This document shows positions 10,275-19,591 of a DNA stretch of 64,000 bases, one piece after another. The notes beneath the pieces are model-generated. The model did not search any database. It was given only the letters and a program-made list of their open reading frames with translations, and was not told the DNA's origin. The stretch is from an uncultured Alphaproteobacteria bacterium (lineage in GTDB: Bacteria > Pseudomonadota > Alphaproteobacteria > CAAHEQ01 > UBA3637). The DNA is taken from the NCBI GenBank assembly GCA_905236245.1, contig CAJOPC010000004.1:6079-70078 (forward strand), written 5' to 3'. How positions within the stretch are numbered: the first letter of the stretch is position 1; each line of letters opens with the position of its first letter. Position numbers and translations under genes: made by a program.

Positions 10275-10300
10275 GCCAATTTTTTGAAATCCTCTAAATT
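10275..10300. repeat. 26-bp direct repeat copy A (gccaattttttgaaatcctctaaatt)
   Basis: 23 of 26 positions identical to 11716..11741. The two copies flank the acyltransferase gene. Confidence 0.55.
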
Positions 10301-10327
10301 GTTAGCCCGATATTCTGTAAGTATGCA

Positions 10328-10402
10328 GTACCAATAAAAATACCGTCCAATTTGGAACGATTTTCCTTTACCTTTCCAAGAGCTTATGCGGGTTCGATTG
10401 TG
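10328..10402. repeat. Direct repeat copy 2 (duplicate of the tRNA-Leu 3' end and terminator region, no tRNA body)
   Basis: gtaccaataaaaataccgtccaatttggaacgattttcc..., about 75% identity over roughly 75 nt with 9426..9500. Confidence 0.7.
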
Positions 10403-10591
10403 GGGACGTAAAAAAGGCTCAAAAACCGTAAATCATCGGATTCTTAAAATTTATTTCTTTAAAAAATCAATCAGTTAAATAAATTCCAGCCCAATCAGAA
10501 TTCCAACAATTAACAAGAAATTGAATAGTCTATTGTATTTTATAGAGTAATCTGATACGATAAAAAAGATAAAGAAAGAATAAAAGATTAT

Positions 10592-11665
10592 ATGAAAAAT
10601 GAAAATGAAATTTGGATTAGTGTTTTAACAGCAATTTCATGTATTGCTGTTGTGTATTTACACGTAAATAACATTTTTTGGCAGCACCCTAACGGCCTTT
10701 TGTGGATTACCTCAAATATTATAGAATGTTTATTTTACTTTGCAGTTCCTATATTTTTAATGATTACGGGATATACTTTATCAGATTATAGGGAAAGATA
10801 TGACACAAAAACATTTATAAAGAAGAGAACGATACGTACATTTATTCCTTTTATTTTTTGGTCATCTGTCTTTTTCTTTGTTTACGGGAAAAGAAATTTT
10901 TTTAACAGCATAATTAACATTGAAATAGAAAAAATATATAAATTTTTTCCAGGCTTATTCTCTTGCTATTTAGCTATTATATTCCTTAGTCTTTTTCAGA
11001 GTAAAAAGAAAATTTTCAGTTGGCTTTTTTTATGGTGCTTTATCAGCTATTCAATTATTCCTTTTTTAAGGAAATGTGGTATCTTACATATTTCAGATGC
11101 ATGGAAAAATCCAATTGGTTGCAGTTATTTACTATTTATTTTTCTAGGATATACTTTAGGACATGCAAAATTTCAAAAAAAAGAAAGAATATTACTATAC
11201 ATTTTAGGCTTGATAGGCTTATTATCTCATATAATTGGAACGCATTTGAATTCCCCACCAGATGGACGCATAAGTTTACTCTTTAAGGGATACAGGAATT
11301 GGCCTTGTGTTCTTTATTCTACTGCAATATTTATTTATTTTAAGTATTCTGATTGGACTTTTCTAACAAAAAATAAAATACTGACTCGATTATTGGAAAC
11401 TGTCATTTCATGCAGTCTTGGAATTTACTTAGTCCATGGTTATTTTGTATATCACTTGCTGCCAAGTATTTTTACTAAATTTGGGCATAAAGTTTTTGTT
11501 AACTCAAATTACTATAGAATTATCGCCCCCCTTATCATTGTATTAGGAATAGCTTTCTTAATTATAGCCGTTTCAAAACTCATCCCTTCAAAATTTCACT
11601 GCTTATTAGGTTATAAAAAAATAAAATTGACAAGAACCGAGCTTGATCTTAATAAAAAAAGTTGA
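10592..11665 (+). CDS. Acyltransferase family 3 membrane protein (O-acetyltransferase of surface polysaccharide/LPS)
   Basis: About 10 TM helices and an N-terminal motif typical of acyltransferase_3 proteins. Very AT-rich codon usage. Confidence 0.65.
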   Translation: MKNENEIWISVLTAISCIAVVYLHVNNIFWQHPNGLLWITSNIIECLFYFAVPIFLMITGYTLSDYRERYDTKTFIKKRTIRTFIPFIFWSSVFFFVYGKRNFFNSIINIEIEKIYKFFPGLFSCYLAIIFLSLFQSKKKIFSWLFLWCFISYSIIPFLRKCGILHISDAWKNPIGCSYLLFIFLGYTLGHAKFQKKERILLYILGLIGLLSHIIGTHLNSPPDGRISLLFKGYRNWPCVLYSTAIFIYFKYSDWTFLTKNKILTRLLETVISCSLGIYLVHGYFVYHLLPSIFTKFGHKVFVNSNYYRIIAPLIIVLGIAFLIIAVSKLIPSKFHCLLGYKKIKLTRTELDLNKKS

Positions 11666-11715
11666 TTTGGAATGTCAGTGTTCTGAATTAAAATTTCAAG
11701 AGCTCCATCTGCAGG

Positions 11716-11741
11716 GCCAACTTTTTGAAATCCGCGAAATT
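11716..11741. repeat. 26-bp direct repeat copy B (gccaactttttgaaatccgcgaaatt)
   Basis: See copy A. Confidence 0.55.
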
Positions 11742-11847
11742 TGAGTTTTGGTATTATCCAAGCTAATTACGCTATAAAACACAAATTTATGTTGACAAAT
11801 TCTGTCATAATACAGTACGCTAGTGTCACTAGTTTGGGTTGTAACAC

Positions 11848-13377
11848 ATGTATTTGAAGTTTTTCTTTTGTTTTTTTATTATATTGCTGCTACCTCTTTG
11901 GTCGGTGACTTTTCGGAGCGATTTTTTGTCTTTAATGGCCGGGCTTTCTTTTCTAATGGGGATTTTTTGCTTCACCTTGTCATCTGTTTCAATCTTAAAA
12001 AGAATAAAATATCTTAAATTTTTAAGGATTTTTATTTTAATATCTTCAAGTATATTTTACATCCTATATCTAATTCCAATATCCACAGTTTTTCAAGGTC
12101 TCACTTCCAACGATATTGTCGCTGTTTTTCAAACAAATGGAGCCGAAGCATTTGACTATCTTGCAGACAACTTAAAAATTTATGTGTTCATTCCTTTGGC
12201 CACTATTTTGGCTATCTTCATCTGTCTATGTATCAAAAATGTAGATAAATATTGTTTTGTTAAAAATCAAAAAGAAGCTGTTTTATTCTTACTTGCCAGC
12301 ATTGTTTTTATATGGTTCTACCAAACTAATGCGCTCACTATACCGATATACGATGCCGCTGATAAAATTGAACGATATTATGCCTTCTATAATAATTTAA
12401 AAAACAGAGAATATCCCAAATCCATAGAAAAAAACACCAAAGAAGGAATTTATGTCGTCGTTATTGGAGAAAGTCAAAATAGAGATTTTATGTCCGTTTA
12501 CAAACCTACCGAATACGATACGACACCTTTTTTATCAAGTATAAAATCAAGCAAAAATTGGTTCTTCTTTGATAATGCTTACTCTTGCCATGTTTATACC
12601 ATCGCAACATTAACTTACGCATTGACCCAAAAAAATAACTATAACAATTTGGACCTTTCAGAAAGCTATTCCATTGCGCATATGTTACATGAATTCGACA
12701 CTTACTGGCTCAGCAATCAAAAAGCAGTCGGCTATTACGGCGAACAAATAGCAGAAATTGGCCTACAAACAAAACATTCAACATTTATTAATAAATCCTT
12801 CGTCAAAGGGGATCCATATGATGAAGAACTCTTAAAATACCTGCCCAAAGAATCATCGTTAGTAAAAACAACTATTATATTTATTCATTTAATGGGAAAT
12901 CATCCAAATTATCGCAAAAGATATCCTGAAAAATTTGAAAAATACCCCAATACTTATGCCAATTCAATTTTATATAACGATTATATTGTTGAACAAATAT
13001 ACAATCATTTTGCATCCATGCGCAATTTTTCAGCTTTGATATATTTTTCAGATCATGGAGAAGATACAGAATGTGCCTGCCACAATCCTTCTAAATTTAC
13101 ATGGGAGATGACAAAAATTCCTTTTTATATCTATTTATCAGATAATTATATCAAACAACATCCTCAAAAAATTAGTACATTAAAAAAACATTTACATACC
13201 CCTTTTACAAATGATTTGTTCTTTGAAACATTTTTAGGCATATTAGACATTACAGACAAAAGATTTTACGCGCCAGAAAATGATCTTTCCAACTCCAATT
13301 ATAATCATACAAAATCAGATTTGACTACTTTTCATGGAGAAAAGAGTTTAGCCGAATATACAACCATAATACCATAA
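11848..13377 (+). CDS. Phosphoethanolamine transferase (EptA/LptA-like sulfatase-fold membrane protein)
   Basis: N-terminal multi-TM domain plus a periplasmic sulfatase domain with YVVVIGESQNRD and HLMGNH motifs. Very AT-rich. Confidence 0.7.
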   Translation: MYLKFFFCFFIILLLPLWSVTFRSDFLSLMAGLSFLMGIFCFTLSSVSILKRIKYLKFLRIFILISSSIFYILYLIPISTVFQGLTSNDIVAVFQTNGAEAFDYLADNLKIYVFIPLATILAIFICLCIKNVDKYCFVKNQKEAVLFLLASIVFIWFYQTNALTIPIYDAADKIERYYAFYNNLKNREYPKSIEKNTKEGIYVVVIGESQNRDFMSVYKPTEYDTTPFLSSIKSSKNWFFFDNAYSCHVYTIATLTYALTQKNNYNNLDLSESYSIAHMLHEFDTYWLSNQKAVGYYGEQIAEIGLQTKHSTFINKSFVKGDPYDEELLKYLPKESSLVKTTIIFIHLMGNHPNYRKRYPEKFEKYPNTYANSILYNDYIVEQIYNHFASMRNFSALIYFSDHGEDTECACHNPSKFTWEMTKIPFYIYLSDNYIKQHPQKISTLKKHLHTPFTNDLFFETFLGILDITDKRFYAPENDLSNSNYNHTKSDLTTFHGEKSLAEYTTIIP

Positions 13378-13400
13378 AAATACTTAAATAAAGAAATAAA

Positions 13401-13922
13401 ATGGCCAACAGGAAAATCTTTTTAAAACAACTTTCAAATAGTTATCAGCTTAGACGCTTAACAAAAGAGGATATTTCCTGCGTTTTAGAATTATGCAAAG
13501 GAAATCCATATTATTATAAACATTGTCCACCATCTCCAACGCCGGAAAACATCAAACGAGATATGCGGGCACTACCTCCCAGGACAACAAAAAAAGACAA
13601 AAGATATATTGGATTTTTCCAAGGCGCCGAATTAATTGCCGTTATGGATTTAATTTTCAATTATCCGAATTCTGAAACTTGTTTTATAGGATTTTTTATG
13701 ATGAATAAGAAATATCAAGGTCAAGGCATCGGCTCTCAGATTATTCAAAACGCGTTGGAATATTTAAAAAATTTTTATAAAACTGTTCGCTTGGGCTATG
13801 TTTCCACCAATGAACAAGCAAAAAGGTTTTGGTTAAAAAATGGTTTTAAATACACCGGCAAAGAATATCGAGACTCTCAATATCTTTATGTTGTTAAAAT
13901 AATGGCCAAAGAATTAAAATAA
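13401..13922 (+). CDS. GNAT family N-acetyltransferase
   Basis: GFFMMNKKYQGQGIGSQII acetyl-CoA binding motif (Q/RxxGxG/A). Confidence 0.7.
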   Translation: MANRKIFLKQLSNSYQLRRLTKEDISCVLELCKGNPYYYKHCPPSPTPENIKRDMRALPPRTTKKDKRYIGFFQGAELIAVMDLIFNYPNSETCFIGFFMMNKKYQGQGIGSQIIQNALEYLKNFYKTVRLGYVSTNEQAKRFWLKNGFKYTGKEYRDSQYLYVVKIMAKELK

Positions 13923-14092
13923 TTATATATGAATTTTTCCACTTGCTTTTGATAAAAAAAAGAATTAAACTGGCAAAGTTTGGATACTAGGAGGGATATG
14001 AGACCGTTGGCCAACGCAAGTTTAATTCATGGCGGCCGTTTAGAAAACGGATATGGTTTTGCCCCCTCAAAACAAGATTTAATGACTATGGA

Positions 14093-14125
14093 AAACTCTC
14101 TAATACACCAGAGAGTTTTTTCGTT
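14093..14125 (+). terminator. Intrinsic terminator-like hairpin plus T-run in the pyrG leader (candidate attenuator)
   Basis: CTCTC-taatacacca-GAGAG followed by TTTTTTCGTTTT. It ends about 18 nt before the pyrG ATG. Confidence 0.55.
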
Positions 14126-14142
14126 TTATGAAAGGGTATAAG

Positions 14143-15789
14143 ATGACAAAGTATGTATTTATTATTGGTGGTGTTGTTTCTTCTTTGGGCAAAGGAATTG
14201 CTTCGGCATCCACAGGTGCTTTATTAAAAGCCAGAGGTTATTCTGTTCGTATGAGAAAAATGGATCCTTATTTGAACGTAGATCCGGGCACTATGTCACC
14301 TTATCAACACGGTGAAGTTTTTGTCACAGAAGACGGCGCAGAAACGGATTTGGATTTAGGCCACTATGAACGTTTTGCAGATGTCAATTGTCATAAAACG
14401 GACAGCATTTCTGGAGGCAAAATTTATTTTAACGTTTTACAAAAAGAGCGTCGAGGTGATTATTTGGGGGCAACAGTTCAAGCTATTCCCCATGTCACAA
14501 ATGAAATCAAAGAATTTTTAAGATCAGATTTACATGGTGAAGATTTTGTGTTGTATGAAGTGGGCGGAACAGTCGGAGATATTGAAGGCACTTTGTTTTT
14601 GGAAGCAGTTCGTCAATTTGCTAACGAAGTGGGGCGCCAAAATGTGTGCTTTTTGTTTTTAACATTGCTCCCTTATATTTCTACTGCAGGCGAGTTGAAA
14701 ACGAAACCCACTCAACATGCAGTGAGGACTTTGATGGAGGCCGGAATTCAAGCGGATATTTTGTTGTGCAGAAGTAAAATGAACTTGGGGCCAGAAGAGC
14801 GCAGAAAATTAGCGCTGTTTTGCAATGTTTCGCCGGAGGATGTTATTATGGCCTTAGATGTAGATAACATCTACAAAATTCCTTTGGTTTATCATGAGCA
14901 AGGCTTAGATGTTCAAATTTTGAAACATTTTAATATGTTAGAACAAGCCCCCGAACCAGATTTAAGTGGCTGGAACAAAATTATTCATACTTGTTCCAAT
15001 TATGAAAAAGATGTCAAAATTGCTGTTGTAGGGAAATACTGTGGATTGTTGGAAGCGTACAAATCATTGAATGAGGCATTGGTTCATGCTGGCATAGCCA
15101 ATCACGCAAAAGTAAAAGTGACTTGGTTAGAGGCCGAACAATTTGAGGATCTTTCACAAGAGCAAGTGAATGAGCAATTAAAACCCTACTCAGGCATTTT
15201 AATACCTGGAGGTTTTGGCGTGCGTGGCATTGAAGGAAAAATTAAAGCTATCCGCTATGCAAGAGAAAATAAAGTTCCTTTCTTTGGTATTTGTCTAGGG
15301 ATGCAAATGGCCGTCGTAGAGGCCTGTAGATCATTACTAGGCATAGAAAATGCAGGGTCAGCGGAATTTGGGAGTCATTATATTCCAGTTGTTTCTAAAA
15401 TGAAAGTTTGGGAACAAGATGGGAAAAAACAAATTCGTGCAGACAACAGTGATTTAGGCGGCACAATGCGTTTAGGGGCCTATCCTTGTGTCCTGAAAAA
15501 AGGATCTTTGGCCGCGCAAATTTACAATGGAGTGACGGAAATCCAAGAACGCCATCGCCATCGGTATGAAGTGGACATGTCCTATGCACAACAATTAGCC
15601 GAACATGGAATGGAAATTTCTGGAAAATCTCCAGATGATTTATTGCCAGAAATTGTTGAAATTCCTGAACACCCATTTTTTATCGGTGTGCAATTCCATC
15701 CAGAATTTACATCCAGACCTGGTCGCCCTAATCCTATTTTTAAAGCATTTATTGAATCGGCCCTTAAATATGTAGTAACCGACTCATAA
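14143..15789 (+). CDS. pyrG: CTP synthase
   Basis: [19 protein letters not shown]-terminus. Glutamine amidotransferase domain with GICLGMQ and HPEF motifs. Alternative upstream start at 14128. Confidence 0.95.
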   Translation: MTKYVFIIGGVVSSLGKGIASASTGALLKARGYSVRMRKMDPYLNVDPGTMSPYQHGEVFVTEDGAETDLDLGHYERFADVNCHKTDSISGGKIYFNVLQKERRGDYLGATVQAIPHVTNEIKEFLRSDLHGEDFVLYEVGGTVGDIEGTLFLEAVRQFANEVGRQNVCFLFLTLLPYISTAGELKTKPTQHAVRTLMEAGIQADILLCRSKMNLGPEERRKLALFCNVSPEDVIMALDVDNIYKIPLVYHEQGLDVQILKHFNMLEQAPEPDLSGWNKIIHTCSNYEKDVKIAVVGKYCGLLEAYKSLNEALVHAGIANHAKVKVTWLEAEQFEDLSQEQVNEQLKPYSGILIPGGFGVRGIEGKIKAIRYARENKVPFFGICLGMQMAVVEACRSLLGIENAGSAEFGSHYIPVVSKMKVWEQDGKKQIRADNSDLGGTMRLGAYPCVLKKGSLAAQIYNGVTEIQERHRHRYEVDMSYAQQLAEHGMEISGKSPDDLLPEIVEIPEHPFFIGVQFHPEFTSRPGRPNPIFKAFIESALKYVVTDS

Positions 15790-15882
15790 CCTCATTTAAA
15801 TATCTAGCACATTTCGACAATATGGTTTCTCCTTGACATAAAGAGAGGGCGTTGATATAATTCTTATAACAAGTGAGGAAAA

Positions 15883-16356
15883 ATGGCCACAATACATTTG
15901 ATACAAGGTTTTATGGGATTTGGGAAAACGACTTTAGCAAAAGAGTTGGCAAAAAAATATAATGCTAAACATTTTGCATGTGATCAGGTCGTATTAGCAA
16001 GATATGGCCGAAATCCACAAAACTTTGAAAAAGCTTACCGAGAAGCAGATGACTATATCTGGCAAGAAACTGCTAAATTGATTCAAGCGGGCCAAGATGT
16101 GATTTTAGACTACGGCTTTTGGGATAAAGAAACACGCAGAAAAGTTCAAGAAAAAGCGTCAAAACTAACTCCAAATGTCTTATGGCATCAACTGATTTGT
16201 GATATTGATATTGCGAAACAACGTGTTTTAAAACGCACCCAAGAAAATCCGAACGAACTCTTTATCGACGAAAACTGCTTTAACAAAAGACTCAGTTTAT
16301 ACGAACCCATTACTGATGATGAACATTTAAATGTGGAAAAACATATTTCAGGGTAA
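15883..16356 (+). CDS. P-loop NTPase / predicted kinase (AAA domain protein)
   Basis: GFMGFGKTTLAKEL Walker A. Small, 157 aa. Confidence 0.55.
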   Translation: MATIHLIQGFMGFGKTTLAKELAKKYNAKHFACDQVVLARYGRNPQNFEKAYREADDYIWQETAKLIQAGQDVILDYGFWDKETRRKVQEKASKLTPNVLWHQLICDIDIAKQRVLKRTQENPNELFIDENCFNKRLSLYEPITDDEHLNVEKHISG

Positions 16357-16404
16357 CCCCCACATAACTTATGAAAAGTAATTCTTACTTACAAAAGGAT
16401 TCCA

Positions 16405-17055
16405 ATGGAAAAGATAGATATTTTTGATGAAGAATTTAACGCAATAGAACCTTTTTCTACAACAATAGATGTTGTTCATCAAAAAGGCCTTTGGCATCAA
16501 ACATTTGCTTGTTGGATTGTCAATGCCAAAGAAAACAAAATCTTTTTACAATTGCGCGGTCCCAAAAACAGAATCGGACCAAATACTTTTGACGCGTCGG
16601 CAAGCGGCCATTTGTCTGCCGGAGAAAAACCGATAGATGGCTTTCGTGAGGCCGAAGAAGAATTGGGAAAGAATCTAAACCTAACCGATAAAACTTTTTT
16701 GGGAATAAACAGAAATGTCATTATACAAGGATCTTATATAAATCGTGAATTTTGTCATGTATATATTGCAAAAACGAACAGCCCTTTAACCGACTTTGGC
16801 TTGCAAAAGGGAGAAGTGTCCGGCCTCTTTGCTATGAATATCGATGAGGCGATTGACCTTTTTGCGGGGGCCGTAGAAAAGGTCCAAATTGACGGCAAAG
16901 TATGGCAAGAAGGAGGCTATCAAAACATTTCTCGCACTGTGACAACAAAAGATTTTTGCTCCTATCATGACCGAGTGGATATTTCAGGCTATTATTTAAA
17001 AGTTATGATGATGGCAAAACGCTATATCAAAGGCCAAAAACCGCTCAGAATTTAG
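16405..17055 (+). CDS. NUDIX hydrolase
   Basis: Nudix box GHLSAGEKPIDGFREAEEELG. Confidence 0.7.
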   Translation: MEKIDIFDEEFNAIEPFSTTIDVVHQKGLWHQTFACWIVNAKENKIFLQLRGPKNRIGPNTFDASASGHLSAGEKPIDGFREAEEELGKNLNLTDKTFLGINRNVIIQGSYINREFCHVYIAKTNSPLTDFGLQKGEVSGLFAMNIDEAIDLFAGAVEKVQIDGKVWQEGGYQNISRTVTTKDFCSYHDRVDISGYYLKVMMMAKRYIKGQKPLRI

Positions 17056-17071
17056 CTAACAAATCTTAAAA

Positions 17072-17686
17072 CTATCTAACCTCTATTTCATCTAAAGAAT
17101 CGATCAATGGATATTCCCACGCGTTTGGCAAATTGAAGTGCCACCATTCATGGGGCAATCCTTCCAAGCCAATGCGAGCCATCATTTCCTCTAAAAGTCG
17201 ACGATTATTTTTTTGTTCTTCCGTGATATCGGGCCCATCATAATCTCTATGGCATTTTTTTAAATACGCCGGATAATTAGGATCTTTTTCATACCCCGGA
17301 TAAAAAGCATCTGGCTCTGTTTGAAAAGAAAGAGGAACACCATTGATATCCGCTAAATAACAGTCAATAGCAACGCCCCGCGAATGAAAACCTCTTTTTG
17401 AATCCGCTTTTGGAGGTGGCGCAATATACGGTTTTATGTAATCTGGCGCATTTTCATACATAAACTTTTGAACGGCCAAAGGTCTAAAAGCATCATAAAT
17501 AACTAAAATTAAATTACGATCCCGCAACTCTTTTTCCAATTGCATTAAACAATCATATAACTTTGGATGCACTAAGGCCTCTGTCAAACCAAAATCTGCA
17601 TACATATCTTTATAAAAAGAATTATTTGTGGTTGCATACAACAATTTAGATTGAATCCACGGGGAAGAAATGCGTTTTAAAATCAT
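17072..17686 (-). CDS. ddpX: D-alanyl-D-alanine dipeptidase (VanX/DdpX, peptidase M15D)
   Basis: DAFRP, HSRGVAIDCYL and EWWHF motifs characteristic of VanX-type zinc dipeptidases. Confidence 0.75.
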   Translation of the reverse strand: MILKRISSPWIQSKLLYATTNNSFYKDMYADFGLTEALVHPKLYDCLMQLEKELRDRNLILVIYDAFRPLAVQKFMYENAPDYIKPYIAPPPKADSKRGFHSRGVAIDCYLADINGVPLSFQTEPDAFYPGYEKDPNYPAYLKKCHRDYDGPDITEEQKNNRRLLEEMMARIGLEGLPHEWWHFNLPNAWEYPLIDSLDEIEVR

Positions 17687-19338
17687 TAAGCCATCCTCCG
17701 TTCTGCTAAGGCTTGTGAAAAGACATTTATTGTTTTATCAACATGATAAAACAAACGAGGTGCATCTGCCCGAGCTGCTTCTGCTTCAATATATCCTGGG
17801 GCAGTAGAATCGAGATATGCGCCCAAAACTGGCAAAGCATTTTTCACCGCTTGACGAGAAGGAGTTGTTGGAATTGCATTTACCAATTCTTTTCTTTTAT
17901 CACTTGGCATACGCGAAATTTCAGACAACTTCATGGGCTGATCCGCATCATTATTCACTGCGGCCAAAGACAACAAAGCCATATCCACCGGCAAATTTTT
18001 AAGCTGTTCTGCCCGATCCCCTTCTCCAATATTTTGCAAAAGGTGCACAAACCGCTTTTTAATTTTGTCCGCATAGGTTGTTTGGAAGAAGCCCCCATGT
18101 GCCAGCACAGACGCGCTTTGGAAAATTAAAACCATCAAGGCACTAGACGGGACAATCTTTTTCTCTTGTAACAAAGGCAATAATACCTCTGGCTTGTGAT
18201 CGATCGTCTCCAACGGCAAGGAAATACATTTAGCAAATCCTTTACATCGTCCGACATAGTCAAACGGGGATTCATTTTGTTTCCAACTTCCTCTAATACC
18301 AATAAACGCTTGTTGCATTTGTTTAAAATTCTCCGGATTTCTAAAAATTTTATACCACAAACTCTCTTTATTTTGCAAAGCAGAAATCAAAAATTTACGC
18401 ACAACCTCCACTGCGTCTATAGAAATATGTTGTATCCCAGTTCCGTCTAAAACTTTATTGATTGTCCTTGATTGAACCAACGCCACTTGATCCGGCAATT
18501 TCAAATCTTGACGATCAAAAATTTCTTTCAATTCCAAATACTGTTTATCTATATCTGAAAAAGTATAACCATACTTTTTATAAGCTTCCGCCGATAAAAG
18601 TAATAACGCTGTTTTTACGAAACTTTGGTTATTAGCATTGAGCGCACGATATTGCTTTTCCACATGATCATAATTCATCTTTCCACCACTAACAGGGCCC
18701 AACAAACTGTTAACAATTTTTTTGGTTTTCATCAACATTTCTTTACGAGGGCTTTGTGTTTTATCAATAATTTCAGGCGTTAAAACATCATCCAAGATTT
18801 TGAGTTTTGCAACCAATGGCAACGCTTCATTAAAAGAACTTCCTTCCATACCGGGCGCATCATATAAACAAACTTGGCTAATTTGACGAGGAGAGGTGAC
18901 TGGGAAAATATCATCTCCTAATTGGAAATAGCCCCCACTACAAGGATGGTTCAAACTAACATTGCTGCCATAAACACCTACATGATATTTTTGTCCCATA
19001 TGACGCATCAAGGCACTTGAAATTAAAACATTTTGATTTAATCGCGAACGCAACTCATCCTTTTGAGGAGAATCATAATCACGCAAAAATGCCAAATGTG
19101 TGCCCGTCTCCACGACCGGGAAAGCTGTCACCTGTTGACATACTTCGTCTGCAATCTCTTTCCCGTAAAGGCGCGCTATTTCTTCTTCCATAGCCGCTAT
19201 AAGCATCTTTTTTTCAGGAGCCGAATCCATATAAGCCAATGGCTCAACCGTTCCTTTAAAATAATCTGAAAGCGTGGGTGTATTCCATATCTTCTGTAAA
19301 ACCGGCAATGCTTTCAAAATTTTTGTACCATCTGTCAT
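17686..19338 (-). CDS. Hypothetical protein (550 aa), overlaps ddpX start by 1 nt
   Basis: Long ORF with good coding look. Its terminator lies upstream of its neighbour. I recognise no family. Confidence 0.5.
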   Translation of the reverse strand: MTDGTKILKALPVLQKIWNTPTLSDYFKGTVEPLAYMDSAPEKKMLIAAMEEEIARLYGKEIADEVCQQVTAFPVVETGTHLAFLRDYDSPQKDELRSRLNQNVLISSALMRHMGQKYHVGVYGSNVSLNHPCSGGYFQLGDDIFPVTSPRQISQVCLYDAPGMEGSSFNEALPLVAKLKILDDVLTPEIIDKTQSPRKEMLMKTKKIVNSLLGPVSGGKMNYDHVEKQYRALNANNQSFVKTALLLLSAEAYKKYGYTFSDIDKQYLELKEIFDRQDLKLPDQVALVQSRTINKVLDGTGIQHISIDAVEVVRKFLISALQNKESLWYKIFRNPENFKQMQQAFIGIRGSWKQNESPFDYVGRCKGFAKCISLPLETIDHKPEVLLPLLQEKKIVPSSALMVLIFQSASVLAHGGFFQTTYADKIKKRFVHLLQNIGEGDRAEQLKNLPVDMALLSLAAVNNDADQPMKLSEISRMPSDKRKELVNAIPTTPSRQAVKNALPVLGAYLDSTAPGYIEAEAARADAPRLFYHVDKTINVFSQALAERRMA

Positions 19339-19591
19339 TTTATTTTTATTTTCCCTTTCGTTAAAACTAAAAAAAGCTCTTTCACAAGAAAGAGCCGCTT
19401 ACTGTTACTAAAAAATCTATTGATCAATTACAACAAAAAGAACTCTTTCTGGTTCGTCCAAAACCAAAAAAAGCTAAAATTAAAAGCAAAAAAATTCATA
19501 CTTTTTGTCATGGAAACGGATTCTACGCCTTTTGATTTCATTTGTCAATACTTTTTTTACTAAAAATTCAAACAAACTTCTATATCGCAGA

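Noticed and set aside
10328-10402. Possible second tRNA gene or pseudo-tRNA
   Set aside because: Only the last 6 nt of the tRNA plus the downstream terminator are present, with no D, anticodon or T arms. It is therefore treated as an att-like direct repeat, not a gene.
9426-13922. Calling the tRNA-Leu-adjacent block an intact integrative element
   Set aside because: No integrase, excisionase or transposase ORF is present anywhere in the window. Only a decayed island or cassette can be claimed.
19339-19591. Small ORFs (19480..19689 and 19505..19708) in the intergenic region upstream of the 550-aa gene
   Set aside because: They overlap each other and the ABC-F gene 3' end. The region is an A/T-rich intergenic stretch containing a terminator hairpin, with no RBS.
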